48,268 bases of DNA from Acidobacteriota bacterium. Its GTDB lineage: Bacteria > Acidobacteriota > Vicinamibacteria > Vicinamibacterales > UBA2999. This document shows positions 28,415 to 37,982 of this stretch, one piece after another. Both the position numbers and the translations under genes were made by a program. The notes beneath the pieces were generated by a model. It was not told the DNA's origin, made no database searches, and saw nothing but the letters and a program-made list of their open reading frames with translations. The first letter of the stretch is position 1; every line of letters begins with the position of its first letter. The stretch covers positions 1-48,268 of the forward strand of contig JANMUX010000110.1 in assembly GCA_031392125.1 (NCBI GenBank). The letters are read 5' to 3'.

Positions 28415-28665
28415 GCGGCTTCGTCGTTGGAAGATCCGGGAGCCCTTGGCGTGAACAAGTCGGCCAGTTCGACCAAGGCGGCACCGACATTGACGATGCC
28501 GAGTCCGCTGATCGCACCGCGCACGTAATTACTGGTGAGCACCCGTTCGAGAACCGGCGACCAGTCCACGAAATAGTTGCGCTCCCAGAAAGTTGACCAC
28601 GGTATCAGCACCAGCAGCAGGCCTGTCTCGAGCAGAAGGGCGACGAAGAGAAGGCGCCTGAACAG
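28411..28665 (-). CDS. Small membrane protein
   Basis: The frame extends upstream of the track's GTG (28611) as LFRRLLFVALLLETGLLLVLIPWSTFWERNYF; two hydrophobic segments; stop overlaps the thiE start. Start codon is uncertain. Confidence 0.7.
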   Translation of the reverse strand: MFRRLLFVALLLETGLLLVLIPWSTFWERNYFVDWSPVLERVLTSNYVRGAISGLGIVNVGAALVELADLFTPRAPGSSNDEAA

Positions 28666-28668
28666 AAC

Positions 28669-30717
28669 TCAGCCCCGAGCTTGAACTTTCGACAGTCGCT
28701 CGATCTGCTCCGGCACGTCGCGGTAGCCGCCAGACTCTGACTCCAGTTCGACGAACACGGCGAGGGCGCGCGAACTCTCCCCCACGGTCTCGAGGGCTTT
28801 TGCAAGGTCGTACAACAGCGACCGGCCGGCATCGGGCGTCGGGGCTGGCGCCTCGGCGGCTCGCTCGAGCCACTCAATCGCGAGGGGCAGTTCTTTGCGC
28901 TCGAGATACAGCCGGCCGAGCAGTGATGCAGCATCGAAGCGCTGCCGGGGCGATTTGGTCGCGCCTTCCAATGCCTTGATCGCGTCGTCGGTCATGCCCA
29001 TTTCCTGATAGGTCAGGCCCAACCGATATTGTTCCGCCGCCGCTTCTTCCGACGACTGGCGATTTGACTCGTCACGCAGGCCGCGGAACACCTGGTCGAG
29101 CGAGCGCGGCTGCGGTGATGTGAGCGGCGGCGCCGCCGCCCCCGAATCGCCGAGGTCGACCTCAGTCGCGTCCGCGTCGGTGACCGATTCGGCGGCAGGC
29201 GAACCCTTGGCGGCCTTCGTAGCGGGCTTTGCGGCCTTCGGTTCCGGCGGTGGCGCCACCGGTGCCGGCGTGTCGAACGACACGCCTTCGTTCAGGTCCA
29301 GCTTTTCGCTGGCCAGGAACGGGCTGTCTCCGCTCAGCCGGTCGGCAATGATTGCGTCGGGGTCGGCTTCGCCCAGCATCACGAGCGCGCGACGGAAGCG
29401 GTCGAGGTTGGCGCGGTTCCACGGCTCGCGCGCCACCAGGTCTTCACTGATGATTCGCGCCTCGAGTCCACGACCGACGTTGAGGTAGGCGTCAGCCAAT
29501 TGCGCCTGAGCCTCGTACATCGTCGACTCGAGTCCGCCGTCGACGCAGATTTCGACCAGCCGCATCAGCGCCACCAGGTGGGTGGGGACGCGAATGGTGA
29601 ACTCGTGGAGCGAGACAGCCGCGGCGGCGTAGTCGCCCTCCGCCAGCGCTGCGTCGGCGACGGCGTCAATGCACTGGTAGCCGGCCTCGCTGTCGGTCTC
29701 GGCCAACCGGCAGCCGAGCACAACAGCGGCCTGCGCCTGGTTACGGTCGAGCGTCAGCGCTTGTGAAATGGCGGCGCGGCCCTCGGCCGACCGGCCGGCC
29801 GTCAGTTCCAATTCGCCAAGCATGATCCACATCGCGGGATCGCTGCCGGCCGTCTCGGCCGACAGATAGACACGGGCCTTGGCGAGCTCGCCGCGGGCGA
29901 CATACGCCAGTGCCAGGCTGGCGCGCACGTGGATGTCGGCGGGATCGGCGGCCGCCACTTCGGCGAGCATCTCGAGCGCCAGGTCGGCCTGACCGGCACT
30001 TTCAAACGCCGCCGCCACCTGCTTCAGTTCGCTGACACCGCTCGCGACCTTGCGCGCGAGTTCCGGCGTGTTGCCGGCGAGATAGGCGCCAAATAACCTG
30101 GTGCGCGTGGATTCGTCCGAATGATCGAGGTCGAATGCGGCCTGCAGCGCTACCAGCGCCTCGCTGCTGCGGTCCTGCTTCTCGTAGCGCGCGGCAACAT
30201 CGCGGAACTCACGAAGCGCGGTGACGACGTCACCGGTCTCGGCGGCCAGGTGGCCGGCGCGGATGCGTGCCTCGAGGTCGTCAGGATCCAGGGTGCCGAG
30301 CCGAATCGCAATTTCAGCCGCGCCCTTCTTGTCGCCGCGCGCCGTGCGGCGGTCGGCCACGGTCTGGAAGTGCTGTTTGGCATCGGCCAGCGTGCCCTGC
30401 CGCGCCGCAAGGTCGCCCGATTGCAGCAGCGCGTACTCGTCGTCCGGCCTGAGCTTGAGGATCTTCTTGAAGAGCGCCGCCGCCTTTGGATAGAACCCCT
30501 CGGCCGCGAGGTGGTCGGCAATGCGGGTGAACTGCTGCAGGCCCTTTTCTAGCTGGTTCGCTCGTACATACAGGTCGCCAAGGGCGTTGGCGCTGTTCCA
30601 GTCACGGGGTTGGGCCTCGACGACCTTGACATACTCCGCGACGGCCGCATCAATGCGTCCTTGTCGTAATGCTTTTTCCGCGGTCTTGAGCGCGGCTTCA
30701 CGGTCGAACGGCGGCAC
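28669..30717 (-). CDS. Large TPR protein, SgmX/Bd2492-like architecture
   Basis: N-terminal TPR block with GFYPKA.ALFKKILKL, acidic/Pro linker, C-terminal TPR block YRLGLTYQEMG..DDAI...YDLA.ALE..GE...YRDV..IERL. Confidence 0.85.
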   Translation of the reverse strand: MPPFDREAALKTAEKALRQGRIDAAVAEYVKVVEAQPRDWNSANALGDLYVRANQLEKGLQQFTRIADHLAAEGFYPKAAALFKKILKLRPDDEYALLQSGDLAARQGTLADAKQHFQTVADRRTARGDKKGAAEIAIRLGTLDPDDLEARIRAGHLAAETGDVVTALREFRDVAARYEKQDRSSEALVALQAAFDLDHSDESTRTRLFGAYLAGNTPELARKVASGVSELKQVAAAFESAGQADLALEMLAEVAAADPADIHVRASLALAYVARGELAKARVYLSAETAGSDPAMWIMLGELELTAGRSAEGRAAISQALTLDRNQAQAAVVLGCRLAETDSEAGYQCIDAVADAALAEGDYAAAAVSLHEFTIRVPTHLVALMRLVEICVDGGLESTMYEAQAQLADAYLNVGRGLEARIISEDLVAREPWNRANLDRFRRALVMLGEADPDAIIADRLSGDSPFLASEKLDLNEGVSFDTPAPVAPPPEPKAAKPATKAAKGSPAAESVTDADATEVDLGDSGAAAPPLTSPQPRSLDQVFRGLRDESNRQSSEEAAAEQYRLGLTYQEMGMTDDAIKALEGATKSPRQRFDAASLLGRLYLERKELPLAIEWLERAAEAPAPTPDAGRSLLYDLAKALETVGESSRALAVFVELESESGGYRDVPEQIERLSKVQARG

Positions 30718-30729
30718 TTTGTACGGCCC

Positions 30730-31353
30730 TCAGGCAATGGTATCAAACAGGCTCGCCGGTCGGAACGATCGCCGGTGCTGCGGAGAATAGCCAAATCGTG
30801 CAACCGCCGCCAAGTGGTCGGCGGTCGCATACCCCTTATGTCGGTCGAAGCCGTACCGGGGGTCAGCGGTGTGGAGCTCTTGCATCATTCGATCCCGGGT
30901 CACTTTCGCGACAATCGACGCCGCTGCTATGGCGGACGAGCACCGGTCGCCGCCGATCACGCCGCGCTGGGCCATTGGCAATGACGGAATTCGAAACGCA
31001 TCTACCAAAACTGCATCTGGCAGGGGGGCCAGCGCGAGAACGGCCCTGCGCATGGCCTGCAGCGTGGCCTGATGGATGTTGATGCGGTCGATCTCCCCGG
31101 GCGTCACCGAGACGACCGCCCAGGCGATGGCCTTGCCGGTAATTTCTTCGTGCAACCGCTCGCGGTGGGCCGCGGTCAGGGCCTTTGAGTCTGCCAGGCC
31201 GTCAATGCGGCGGTCGGGGTCGAGGATGACCGCGCCGGCCATCACCGGTCCGGCCAGGCACCCACGTCCCACTTCATCGACTCCGGCGACACAGACAAAG
31301 CCGTATCGCCGGAGCGCGTTCTCGATGGTCCGGCGCGCGCTTACCCTCGCCAC
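30730..31353 (-). CDS. rnhB: Ribonuclease HII
   Basis: AGVDEVGRGCLAGPV, DSK.L, IAAASIVAKVTRD, HKGY.T, HRRSF. Confidence 0.96.
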   Translation of the reverse strand: MARVSARRTIENALRRYGFVCVAGVDEVGRGCLAGPVMAGAVILDPDRRIDGLADSKALTAAHRERLHEEITGKAIAWAVVSVTPGEIDRINIHQATLQAMRRAVLALAPLPDAVLVDAFRIPSLPMAQRGVIGGDRCSSAIAAASIVAKVTRDRMMQELHTADPRYGFDRHKGYATADHLAAVARFGYSPQHRRSFRPASLFDTIA

Positions 31354-31357
31354 ACGG

Positions 31358-31402
31358 CCACCTGAGGCACATTAGGCACCCTAGGCACCTTCGGCACCCT
31401 GA
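31358..31402. repeat. Single-arm 9-mer tandem array, same family as 9525-9613
   Basis: CCACCTGAG GCACATTAG GCACCCTAG GCACCTTCG GCACCCTGA fills the rplS-rnhB gap. Confidence 0.85.
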
Positions 31403-31750
31403 CTACGATGTCTTCTTGACTTCCTTCATGCGGGCGGCCTTGCCCTTGAGGTCGCGCAGGAAGTACAGCTTCGCGCGGCGGACCTTGGCAGAGCGCAGCA
31501 CTTCGACCTTCGAGATCGTAGGCGAGTGCAGCGGGAAGATTCGCTCGACGCCCTGGCTGAACGATACCTTGCGGACCGTGAAAGTCGCGCGGTTACCGCC
31601 CTTGCGCATGCCGATGACGATACCCTCGAACACCTGGATGCGTTCCTTGTCGCCTTCCTTCACGCGCACGTGCACGCGCACCGTATCGCCGGCCTTCATG
31701 CGGGGCCGTTCGATCAGTTGCGCCTTCTCTACCATCTCCATCGCAGTCAT
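31403..31750 (-). CDS. rplS: 50S ribosomal protein L19
   Basis: [45 protein letters not shown]. Confidence 0.98.
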   Translation of the reverse strand: MTAMEMVEKAQLIERPRMKAGDTVRVHVRVKEGDKERIQVFEGIVIGMRKGGNRATFTVRKVSFSQGVERIFPLHSPTISKVEVLRSAKVRRAKLYFLRDLKGKAARMKEVKKTS

Positions 31751-32478
31751 GACTTGCTCCTTTTACTCAACCACTCGTGTTCATCGGCATCGAGCGCCGC
31801 GTCCGCCAGCAGGTCCGGCCGTCGTGCTGCCGTCCGTTCCAACGCCGCGTTGCGCCGCCACCGGCGAATTTCTCCGTGATGCCCCGACACCAACACCGGG
31901 GGCACCGCCCGCCCTTCGCATTCCGCGGGCCTCGTGTAGTGCGGGTAATCGAGCAACCCGCGCGTGAACGAATCCCCGTCGACCGACTGCTCGTCGCCCA
32001 CTACTCCGGGCACCAGCCGCGCCACCGCGTCAACCACCGCCAGCGCCGGAATCTCGCCGCCCGACAACACGTAGTCGCCGATCGACAATTCCTCGGTCGC
32101 CAGCGCCTCGCGCACCCGTTCGTCGATGCCTTCGTATCGCCCACAGAGCAACACGATGTGGCCCAACCCGACCAGGCGCCGCGCGCCGGCCTGCGTGAAC
32201 GGCACGCCCGCCGGCGTCAACATCACCACCGCGTCCGGTTCCCCGCGGCGCGCACGAATCGCGGCGAGCGCGGCAAAGAACGGTTCGGGCTTCATCACCA
32301 TGCCCGGACCGCCGCCAAACGGCACATCATCCACCACGTGATGCTTGTCGGTCGTGAAATCGCGGAGGTTATGAACCGCGATGTCGACCACACCAGCGGC
32401 GCGAGCCCGCCCCACCACGCCTTCCGCGAGGCCGGCTTCCACCATGCGCGGAAAGATCGTGATGATGTCGACCTTCAC
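31747..32478 (-). CDS. trmD: tRNA (guanine37-N1)-methyltransferase
   Basis: [44 protein letters not shown]. Confidence 0.97.
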   Translation of the reverse strand: MKVDIITIFPRMVEAGLAEGVVGRARAAGVVDIAVHNLRDFTTDKHHVVDDVPFGGGPGMVMKPEPFFAALAAIRARRGEPDAVVMLTPAGVPFTQAGARRLVGLGHIVLLCGRYEGIDERVREALATEELSIGDYVLSGGEIPALAVVDAVARLVPGVVGDEQSVDGDSFTRGLLDYPHYTRPAECEGRAVPPVLVSGHHGEIRRWRRNAALERTAARRPDLLADAALDADEHEWLSKRSKS

Positions 32479-33008
32479 CGCCAGTCTCCGTTCAGTTCCA
32501 GCAGTCCGTCGGGCGGCCGCACCGTGATGCGTTTCGCGGCGACGTCAACCGTGCAAATCTCGTCGGCGAGGGGGATCAGCAGTTCGCTCCGCTTCCCCGC
32601 CACCACCAACCGGGCTTGGGCGCTATCGTCGAGCACGTTGGTGACGCGCCCGACCACTTCCCCGGCCTCGGTGACCACCTCGCACCCAATCAGGTCGCGG
32701 TGGAAAAACTCGCCCTCCGGCAAGAGCCCGGTGTCGACTTCGTCGGTGCGCAGCTCCTGGCCCGCCAGCAACTCCGCGTCGTTCATCGAGCCGATGCCCG
32801 AGAACATAATGACCGGGCGGCCCTGATGCATCCGCATCGTGACCACCTCGAGCGTCGCGGGCGCACTGTCGCGCCGCCGCGTCCATAACAGGGCGCCCTT
32901 CCGGAACCGTTCTTCCGGAAAATCGGTTTCCGGATTGACGACCACCTCGCCGCGGTTGCCATGCGTGCGGGCCACGACGCCCACGAGGATGCCGTCGTCC
33001 CAGTTCAC
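32475..33008 (-). CDS. rimM: Ribosome maturation factor RimM
   Basis: VG.V.RTHG.RGEV, EF..DLIG..V, LLIP; rpsP-khpA-rimM-trmD context. Confidence 0.93.
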   Translation of the reverse strand: MNWDDGILVGVVARTHGNRGEVVVNPETDFPEERFRKGALLWTRRRDSAPATLEVVTMRMHQGRPVIMFSGIGSMNDAELLAGQELRTDEVDTGLLPEGEFFHRDLIGCEVVTEAGEVVGRVTNVLDDSAQARLVVAGKRSELLIPLADEICTVDVAAKRITVRPPDGLLELNGDWR

Positions 33009-33012
33009 GGGA

Positions 33013-33267
33013 CTAGCTGCGGCCGGTCTGGTCGCGAATATCGAGGCTCACGCGCTTGTCGTCGGCCTCAGCGGCGCTCGACAGCAGCGTGCGCAGCGCC
33101 GCCGCGGTGCGTCCCTGCCGGCCAATCACGCGACCGAGGTCGCCCGAGGCGACCTGCAGTTCGTAGACGGTGGCGCCGCGGCGCTCCGACTCACGCACGC
33201 TGACCGCGTCTGGCTGGTCGGCCAGGGCGCGCGCGACGGCTTCGATCAGTCCCTTGAGGTCCGCCAC
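33013..33267 (-). CDS. khpA: KH-domain RNA-binding protein KhpA
   Basis: DLGRVIGRQGRTA.ALR; lies between rpsP and rimM. Confidence 0.92.
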   Translation of the reverse strand: MADLKGLIEAVARALADQPDAVSVRESERRGATVYELQVASGDLGRVIGRQGRTAAALRTLLSSAAEADDKRVSLDIRDQTGRS

Positions 33268-33275
33268 GGCAGTCC

Positions 33276-33569
33276 TTAAGCCGTCGGGGCCGCAGGCTGG
33301 GCCGTGACCGGCTCAACCACGACGCCACGGTCGCGAGTCATGTGCTTCGCCATCAGGGTGCGAACCGAATCAGAAGGGCGCGCGCCGACCTTCACCCAGT
33401 GGGCGACCCGATCCTTGTTGATCTCGAACACGGCAGGCTTGGTGCGCGGGTTGTAGAAGCCCAGCACTTCGATGAACTGGCCTTCCTTCTTCGAGCGGGC
33501 CTCGGACACGACCACGCGGAAGAACGGACGCTTCTTGGAACCGGTACGACGCATGCGAATCGACAACAT
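33276..33569 (-). CDS. rpsP: 30S ribosomal protein S16
   Basis: IRMRR.GSKKRPFFRVVV, IE.LGFYNP, W...GA.PSD.V. Confidence 0.97.
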   Translation of the reverse strand: MLSIRMRRTGSKKRPFFRVVVSEARSKKEGQFIEVLGFYNPRTKPAVFEINKDRVAHWVKVGARPSDSVRTLMAKHMTRDRGVVVEPVTAQPAAPTA

Positions 33570-33647
33570 CTGAAACTCACTACCTGCGGCACATCGTGGC
33601 CGCGCTTCGGGTTAACACGGGCGCACATCAGTGCGCCCCTCGCCTAT

Positions 33648-35009
33648 CTAACGCATCAAGCTGAACGGGCTCTTCTTTTTCTTCTTCTTCGGTGCCGCCG
33701 CGATGGGATCGCCCGTCATCTGCCCCACCATCTTCAGCATCCGTTGCATTTCCACGAATTGCTTCAGCAGCCGGTTGACGTCCTCAACCGTGGTGCCGCT
33801 GCCCTTCGCGACGCGCTTGCGGCGGCTCCCGTCGAGGATGTCCGCCTGCTTCCGCTCGTCGGGCGTCATCGAGTTGATGATCGCTTCGATCCGCGAGAGT
33901 TGCTTCTCGTCCGGCTTCTGGCCGGCCAGTTCCTTCATGCCGCCCATGCCCGGCAGCATGCCCATGATCTTCTCGAGCGGGCCCATCCGCTTCAGCATGC
34001 GGAGCTGATCGCGGAAGTCTTCGAGCGTGAACCCGCCCTTGCGGATCTTCGCTTCCAGCTTCTCGGCGTCGCCCTGGTCGATGACCTCTTCGGCCTTCTC
34101 GATCAGCGACAGCACGTCGCCCATGCCGAGCATGCGCGACACGAACCGATCGGCATGGAAGGGCTCGAGATCTTCCAGCTTCTCGCCACTGCCGACAAAC
34201 GCGATCGGCACGCCGACCACCGACACCACCGACAGCGCCGCGCCACCGCGCGCGTCACCGTCGATCTTCGTCAGGACCACGCCGGTGACGCCCATCTGCG
34301 CGTTGAACTCGCCCGCGCTCTTGATGGCGTCTTGCCCCGTCATCGCATCAGCGACGTACAGCAGGTCGGACGGTCCCGCCACATCCCGAATCGCGACCAG
34401 CTCTTTCATGAGCTCGTCGTCGATGTGCAGCCGGCCCGCCGTGTCGACGATGACGACGTCGTTGCCGACCTGCCTGGCTTCGGCAAGCGCGCTCTTGGCG
34501 CGCGACACCGGGTCCATGTTGCCCACCGGGTCGTGCACGCGCACGCCGGCTTGCTCCGCGACGATGGCCAGCTGCTGAATGGCCGCCGGTCGCCGCACGT
34601 CGGTCGAGACCACGATCGGGTGACGGCCCTGCTTGACCAGCCACTTGGCCAGCTTGCCCGTCGTCGTCGTCTTGCCCGAGCCCTGGAGCCCGAGCATCAA
34701 GATCACGCGCGGACGGGCTGACGTTTCCGTTAGACCGCCCTTGGCGTCGCCAAACAACGCGAGCAGTTCATCGCGAACGATCTTGATGACCTGCTGGCTC
34801 GGCGTCAGGCTCTTGAGGACCGCCTGATCCATCGCGCGATCTCGCACGCGATCGACAAAGGCCTTGACGACCTTGAAGTTGACGTCGGCCTCGAGCAGCG
34901 CCAGCCGGATTTCCCGGAGGACGTTCTCGACCGTCGCTTCCGTGAGACGTGTTTCTCCCTTGATTGACTGGAAGACGTCCTGCAGGCGATTACTTAACGC
35001 GTCGAACAT
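33648..35009 (-). CDS. ffh: Signal recognition particle protein Ffh
   Basis: ALLEADV, GLQGSGKTT, DTAGR, DGDARGG, RMLGMGD, M-domain IINSMT..ER. Confidence 0.97.
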   Translation of the reverse strand: MFDALSNRLQDVFQSIKGETRLTEATVENVLREIRLALLEADVNFKVVKAFVDRVRDRAMDQAVLKSLTPSQQVIKIVRDELLALFGDAKGGLTETSARPRVILMLGLQGSGKTTTTGKLAKWLVKQGRHPIVVSTDVRRPAAIQQLAIVAEQAGVRVHDPVGNMDPVSRAKSALAEARQVGNDVVIVDTAGRLHIDDELMKELVAIRDVAGPSDLLYVADAMTGQDAIKSAGEFNAQMGVTGVVLTKIDGDARGGAALSVVSVVGVPIAFVGSGEKLEDLEPFHADRFVSRMLGMGDVLSLIEKAEEVIDQGDAEKLEAKIRKGGFTLEDFRDQLRMLKRMGPLEKIMGMLPGMGGMKELAGQKPDEKQLSRIEAIINSMTPDERKQADILDGSRRKRVAKGSGTTVEDVNRLLKQFVEMQRMLKMVGQMTGDPIAAAPKKKKKKSPFSLMR

Positions 35010-35078
35010 GGCTCATCACAGCGAAGGCCCAGCCTCCGCCGCGCAAACCCTTATCCTACATGAACTTCAGGAGACTGG

Positions 35079-36326
35079 TCAAACCGACTTGAGCAAGTGC
35101 CCGAGCTTGTCCTTCTTCACTTTCAGGTATTTGCGGGTGGTCTCGGAGGCGGCGATTTCAAGGGGCAGGGTCGACGACACCGCCAGCCCGTAGCCTTGCA
35201 GACCCACGAATTTGCGAGGATTGTTGGTCAGCAGCCGCATGGTCCGCACCCCCAGGTCGCGCAGGATCTGGGCGCCGATTCCATAGTCGCGCTGGTCGGG
35301 CTTGAAGCCGAGCTTTTCGTTGGCTTCCACCGTGTCAAAACCCTGATCCTGCAGGGCGTAAGCCCGAATTTTGTTGGCGAGCCCAATACCCCGCCCTTCC
35401 TGATTCAGGTACAGGAGCACGCCCCGGCCTTCGGCCGAGATCCGCCGCATGGCGGCATCGAGTTGATCGCCGCAGTCGCAACGCGCCGAGTGAAACACGT
35501 CGCCCGTCAGACACTTCGAGTGGACGCGCACCAGCACGTCGGTTCCGCTGCTGATGTCACCGGCAACCAGCGCGACGTGGGTCATGGCATCAAGCCGGCT
35601 GGTGTAGGCATAAATACGAAACGGGCCGTGCTCGGTCGGCAAGTCTGCTTCGGCCGCCTTCTCGACCAGGCCCTCGGTCTGCATCCGGTGGCGAATCAAG
35701 TCGGCCACCGTGATCATCAGCAGTTTGTGCTTGCGCGCGAACTTGGCTAGTTCGGGCACGCGGGCCATGGTGCCGTCTTTCTTCGCAATCTCGCAAATCA
35801 CGCCAGCTGGCATCAGGCCAGCCATCCGCGACAGGTCAACGGCTGCCTCGGTCTGGCCGGCGCGCACCAGCACGCCACCGTCGCGCGCGCGCAGCGGGAA
35901 GACGTGGCCGGGCCGCGCCAGGTCGGCGGGCTTGGTCCTGGGGTCGATGGCGGCAAGCACCGTCGTGGCGCGATCGTGCGCCGAGATGCCGGTGGACGTG
36001 CCGCGCTTCGCCTCGATGCCGATGCAGAAGGCCGTCTCGAACTGGGTCGAGTTCATCTGCTGCGGCACCTGCAGCGGAATGTTCAGCTCGTCGAGCCGCG
36101 CGGCGGTCATGGGCATGCAGATCAGCCCGCGCCCATGCGTCATCATGAAGTTGATGGCTTCGGGCGTGACGTGTTCGGCGGCGATGGTCAGATCGCCTTC
36201 GTTCTCACGGTCCTCGTCATCGACGACAATCAGCATTTCGCCGCGGCGATAGGCCGCGACTGCGGCTTCGATGGTCGCAAACGGCGACTTCGAGCGCGCG
36301 CCCTTGGCAATCGAGATTTTGGTCAT
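35079..36326 (-). CDS. ribBA: Bifunctional DHBP synthase / GTP cyclohydrolase II
   Basis: [35 protein letters not shown]...[25 protein letters not shown]. Confidence 0.96.
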   Translation of the reverse strand: MTKISIAKGARSKSPFATIEAAVAAYRRGEMLIVVDDEDRENEGDLTIAAEHVTPEAINFMMTHGRGLICMPMTAARLDELNIPLQVPQQMNSTQFETAFCIGIEAKRGTSTGISAHDRATTVLAAIDPRTKPADLARPGHVFPLRARDGGVLVRAGQTEAAVDLSRMAGLMPAGVICEIAKKDGTMARVPELAKFARKHKLLMITVADLIRHRMQTEGLVEKAAEADLPTEHGPFRIYAYTSRLDAMTHVALVAGDISSGTDVLVRVHSKCLTGDVFHSARCDCGDQLDAAMRRISAEGRGVLLYLNQEGRGIGLANKIRAYALQDQGFDTVEANEKLGFKPDQRDYGIGAQILRDLGVRTMRLLTNNPRKFVGLQGYGLAVSSTLPLEIAASETTRKYLKVKKDKLGHLLKSV

Positions 36327-36916
36327 GATTTCCTGAGTTCCATCCCCCGCACGATGTACTTGCCGATCATGTCGCACTCGAGGTTCACCTTGTCGCCGGC
36401 GCGCAGCAGCTGCAGCGTTGTGTTCGCCCAGGTGAACGGCACCACCTGGACATCGAACTGCCGTTCGCCAAGCCCGGCCACCGTCAGGCTGATGCCGTCG
36501 ACCGTGACCGAGCCCTTGCGAATGAAATAGGCGGCCAAGGCACCGGGGAATCCGATGGTCAACCAGTGCGCCTCGGCTTCGGGCCGAACGTCTTCGATGG
36601 TGCCGACGCCATCGACGTGGCCCAGCACGAAATGCCCATCAACGCGGCCTTCAAAACGCAACGGCCGCTCGAGATTGACCGACTGACCGCGTTGCAGCGC
36701 GCCGAGGGTGGTGACACGCGCCGTCTCGGGACCGACGTCTGCCATCACATTCTCGCCGTCGGTCAGGATGATCGTGAGACACACGCCATTGACGGCAAGG
36801 CTGTCGCCGAGTTTCAGCTGCGAGGCTAACGGCGTCTCAATGCGCACGCGATAACCACCGCCGGTGCCCTTCACTTCCGCCAGCGTGCCAACCGTCTCAA
36901 CGATGCCCGTGAACAT
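36323..36916 (-). CDS. ribE: Riboflavin synthase (alpha chain)
   Basis: MFTGIVE start, [33 protein letters not shown]. Confidence 0.96.
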   Translation of the reverse strand: MFTGIVETVGTLAEVKGTGGGYRVRIETPLASQLKLGDSLAVNGVCLTIILTDGENVMADVGPETARVTTLGALQRGQSVNLERPLRFEGRVDGHFVLGHVDGVGTIEDVRPEAEAHWLTIGFPGALAAYFIRKGSVTVDGISLTVAGLGERQFDVQVVPFTWANTTLQLLRAGDKVNLECDMIGKYIVRGMELRKS

Positions 36917-37982
36917 CAGCTTCCATCCAAGCATCCGGCCCGAGTGTCTCAACACGCACTGGAATCAGTTGCGACACTGGGACCGGCAGTCCGTCGAAAA
37001 ACCGGGCGCCCGGCTCACCCAGTACGGTGGGCGCCACAATCACGATCACGCGGTCGACGATGCCCGCCTGCCAGGCGGCGGCATGGATGACCCCGCCACC
37101 TTCGAGCAGCAGGGTCGAGATCTCCCACGCGAGCAACCCCTGCACGTCCGCCTTCAAGTCTCCTTGGCCTTCAACCAGGGTGGCGCCTGCCGCAATCAAC
37201 TGGGTTGCGCGGTCCGGGTAACGCGCGACTACCTCAGCGGTCGTAATGATTATGACCGGCCCGGCGTCGAGCGTCGAGAACAGGCGAGCGGACGCCGGCG
37301 TCCGGAGACGACGGTCGAAAATGACGCGCGCCAAGGGGCGCAAGCGGTGGCAATCCCGCACGGTCAACACCGGATCGTCGGCGAGCACGGTCCCCGACCC
37401 GACCGCAATAGCGTCGACGGCCCCCCGTAGTCGCTGCGTCCGCCGATTGGCGTCGCGCGACGTCAGCGACGTGCGCACACCGGGACCGGCGGCTATCCTG
37501 GCGTCGAGGCTGGTTGCGGCCTTCACGATTACCATGGGACGCCCTTGCGTCTGAACGATCGTAAAGGCGCGGTTCAGGCGCTCGGCCTCGGCGCCGAGCA
37601 GGCCGACCTCAACCTGCACTCCTTGCGCCCGCAGGTGAGCGAACCCCCGGCCACCGACCAGCGGATTGGGGTCGGTCATCGCAGCGACCACGCGCGCGAC
37701 CCCGGCGTCGAGAATGCGCTGCGTGCACGGGCCGGTGCGACCCTGGTGACAGCACGGCTCGAGCGTGACGTAGAGCGTGGCGCCGCGTGCGAGTTCGCCC
37801 GCGTCCTGCAGTGCGAAGACTTCCGCGTGGGGCTCGCCGGCACGTGGGTGCCGCCCTTGACCGACCACCCTGCCATCGGCCGTGACCACAACCGCTCCCA
37901 CCAACGGGTTGGGGGTCGTCACACCCTCGGCACGGCGCGCATGAAACAGTGCTCGCCGCATGTAGTCGGCGTCGCTCACCAT
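36897..37982 (-). CDS. ribD: Riboflavin biosynthesis deaminase/reductase
   Basis: PNP.VGAV, HAE, TLEPCCH.GRT.PC, SLD, DDP.LT.R, EGG. Confidence 0.95.
   Translation of the reverse strand: MVSDADYMRRALFHARRAEGVTTPNPLVGAVVVTADGRVVGQGRHPRAGEPHAEVFALQDAGELARGATLYVTLEPCCHQGRTGPCTQRILDAGVARVVAAMTDPNPLVGGRGFAHLRAQGVQVEVGLLGAEAERLNRAFTIVQTQGRPMVIVKAATSLDARIAAGPGVRTSLTSRDANRRTQRLRGAVDAIAVGSGTVLADDPVLTVRDCHRLRPLARVIFDRRLRTPASARLFSTLDAGPVIIITTAEVVARYPDRATQLIAAGATLVEGQGDLKADVQGLLAWEISTLLLEGGGVIHAAAWQAGIVDRVIVIVAPTVLGEPGARFFDGLPVPVSQLIPVRVETLGPDAWMEADVHGHR

Noticed and set aside
27673-28665. TPP riboswitch near thiE
   Set aside because: thiE is coupled to its upstream gene and no TPP consensus is visible; the hairpin near 27714-27736 is too weak to call.
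33570-35078. SRP RNA (ffs) beside ffh
   Set aside because: Flanking gaps are short and lack the CAGG-GNRA-AGCAG helix 8 signature.
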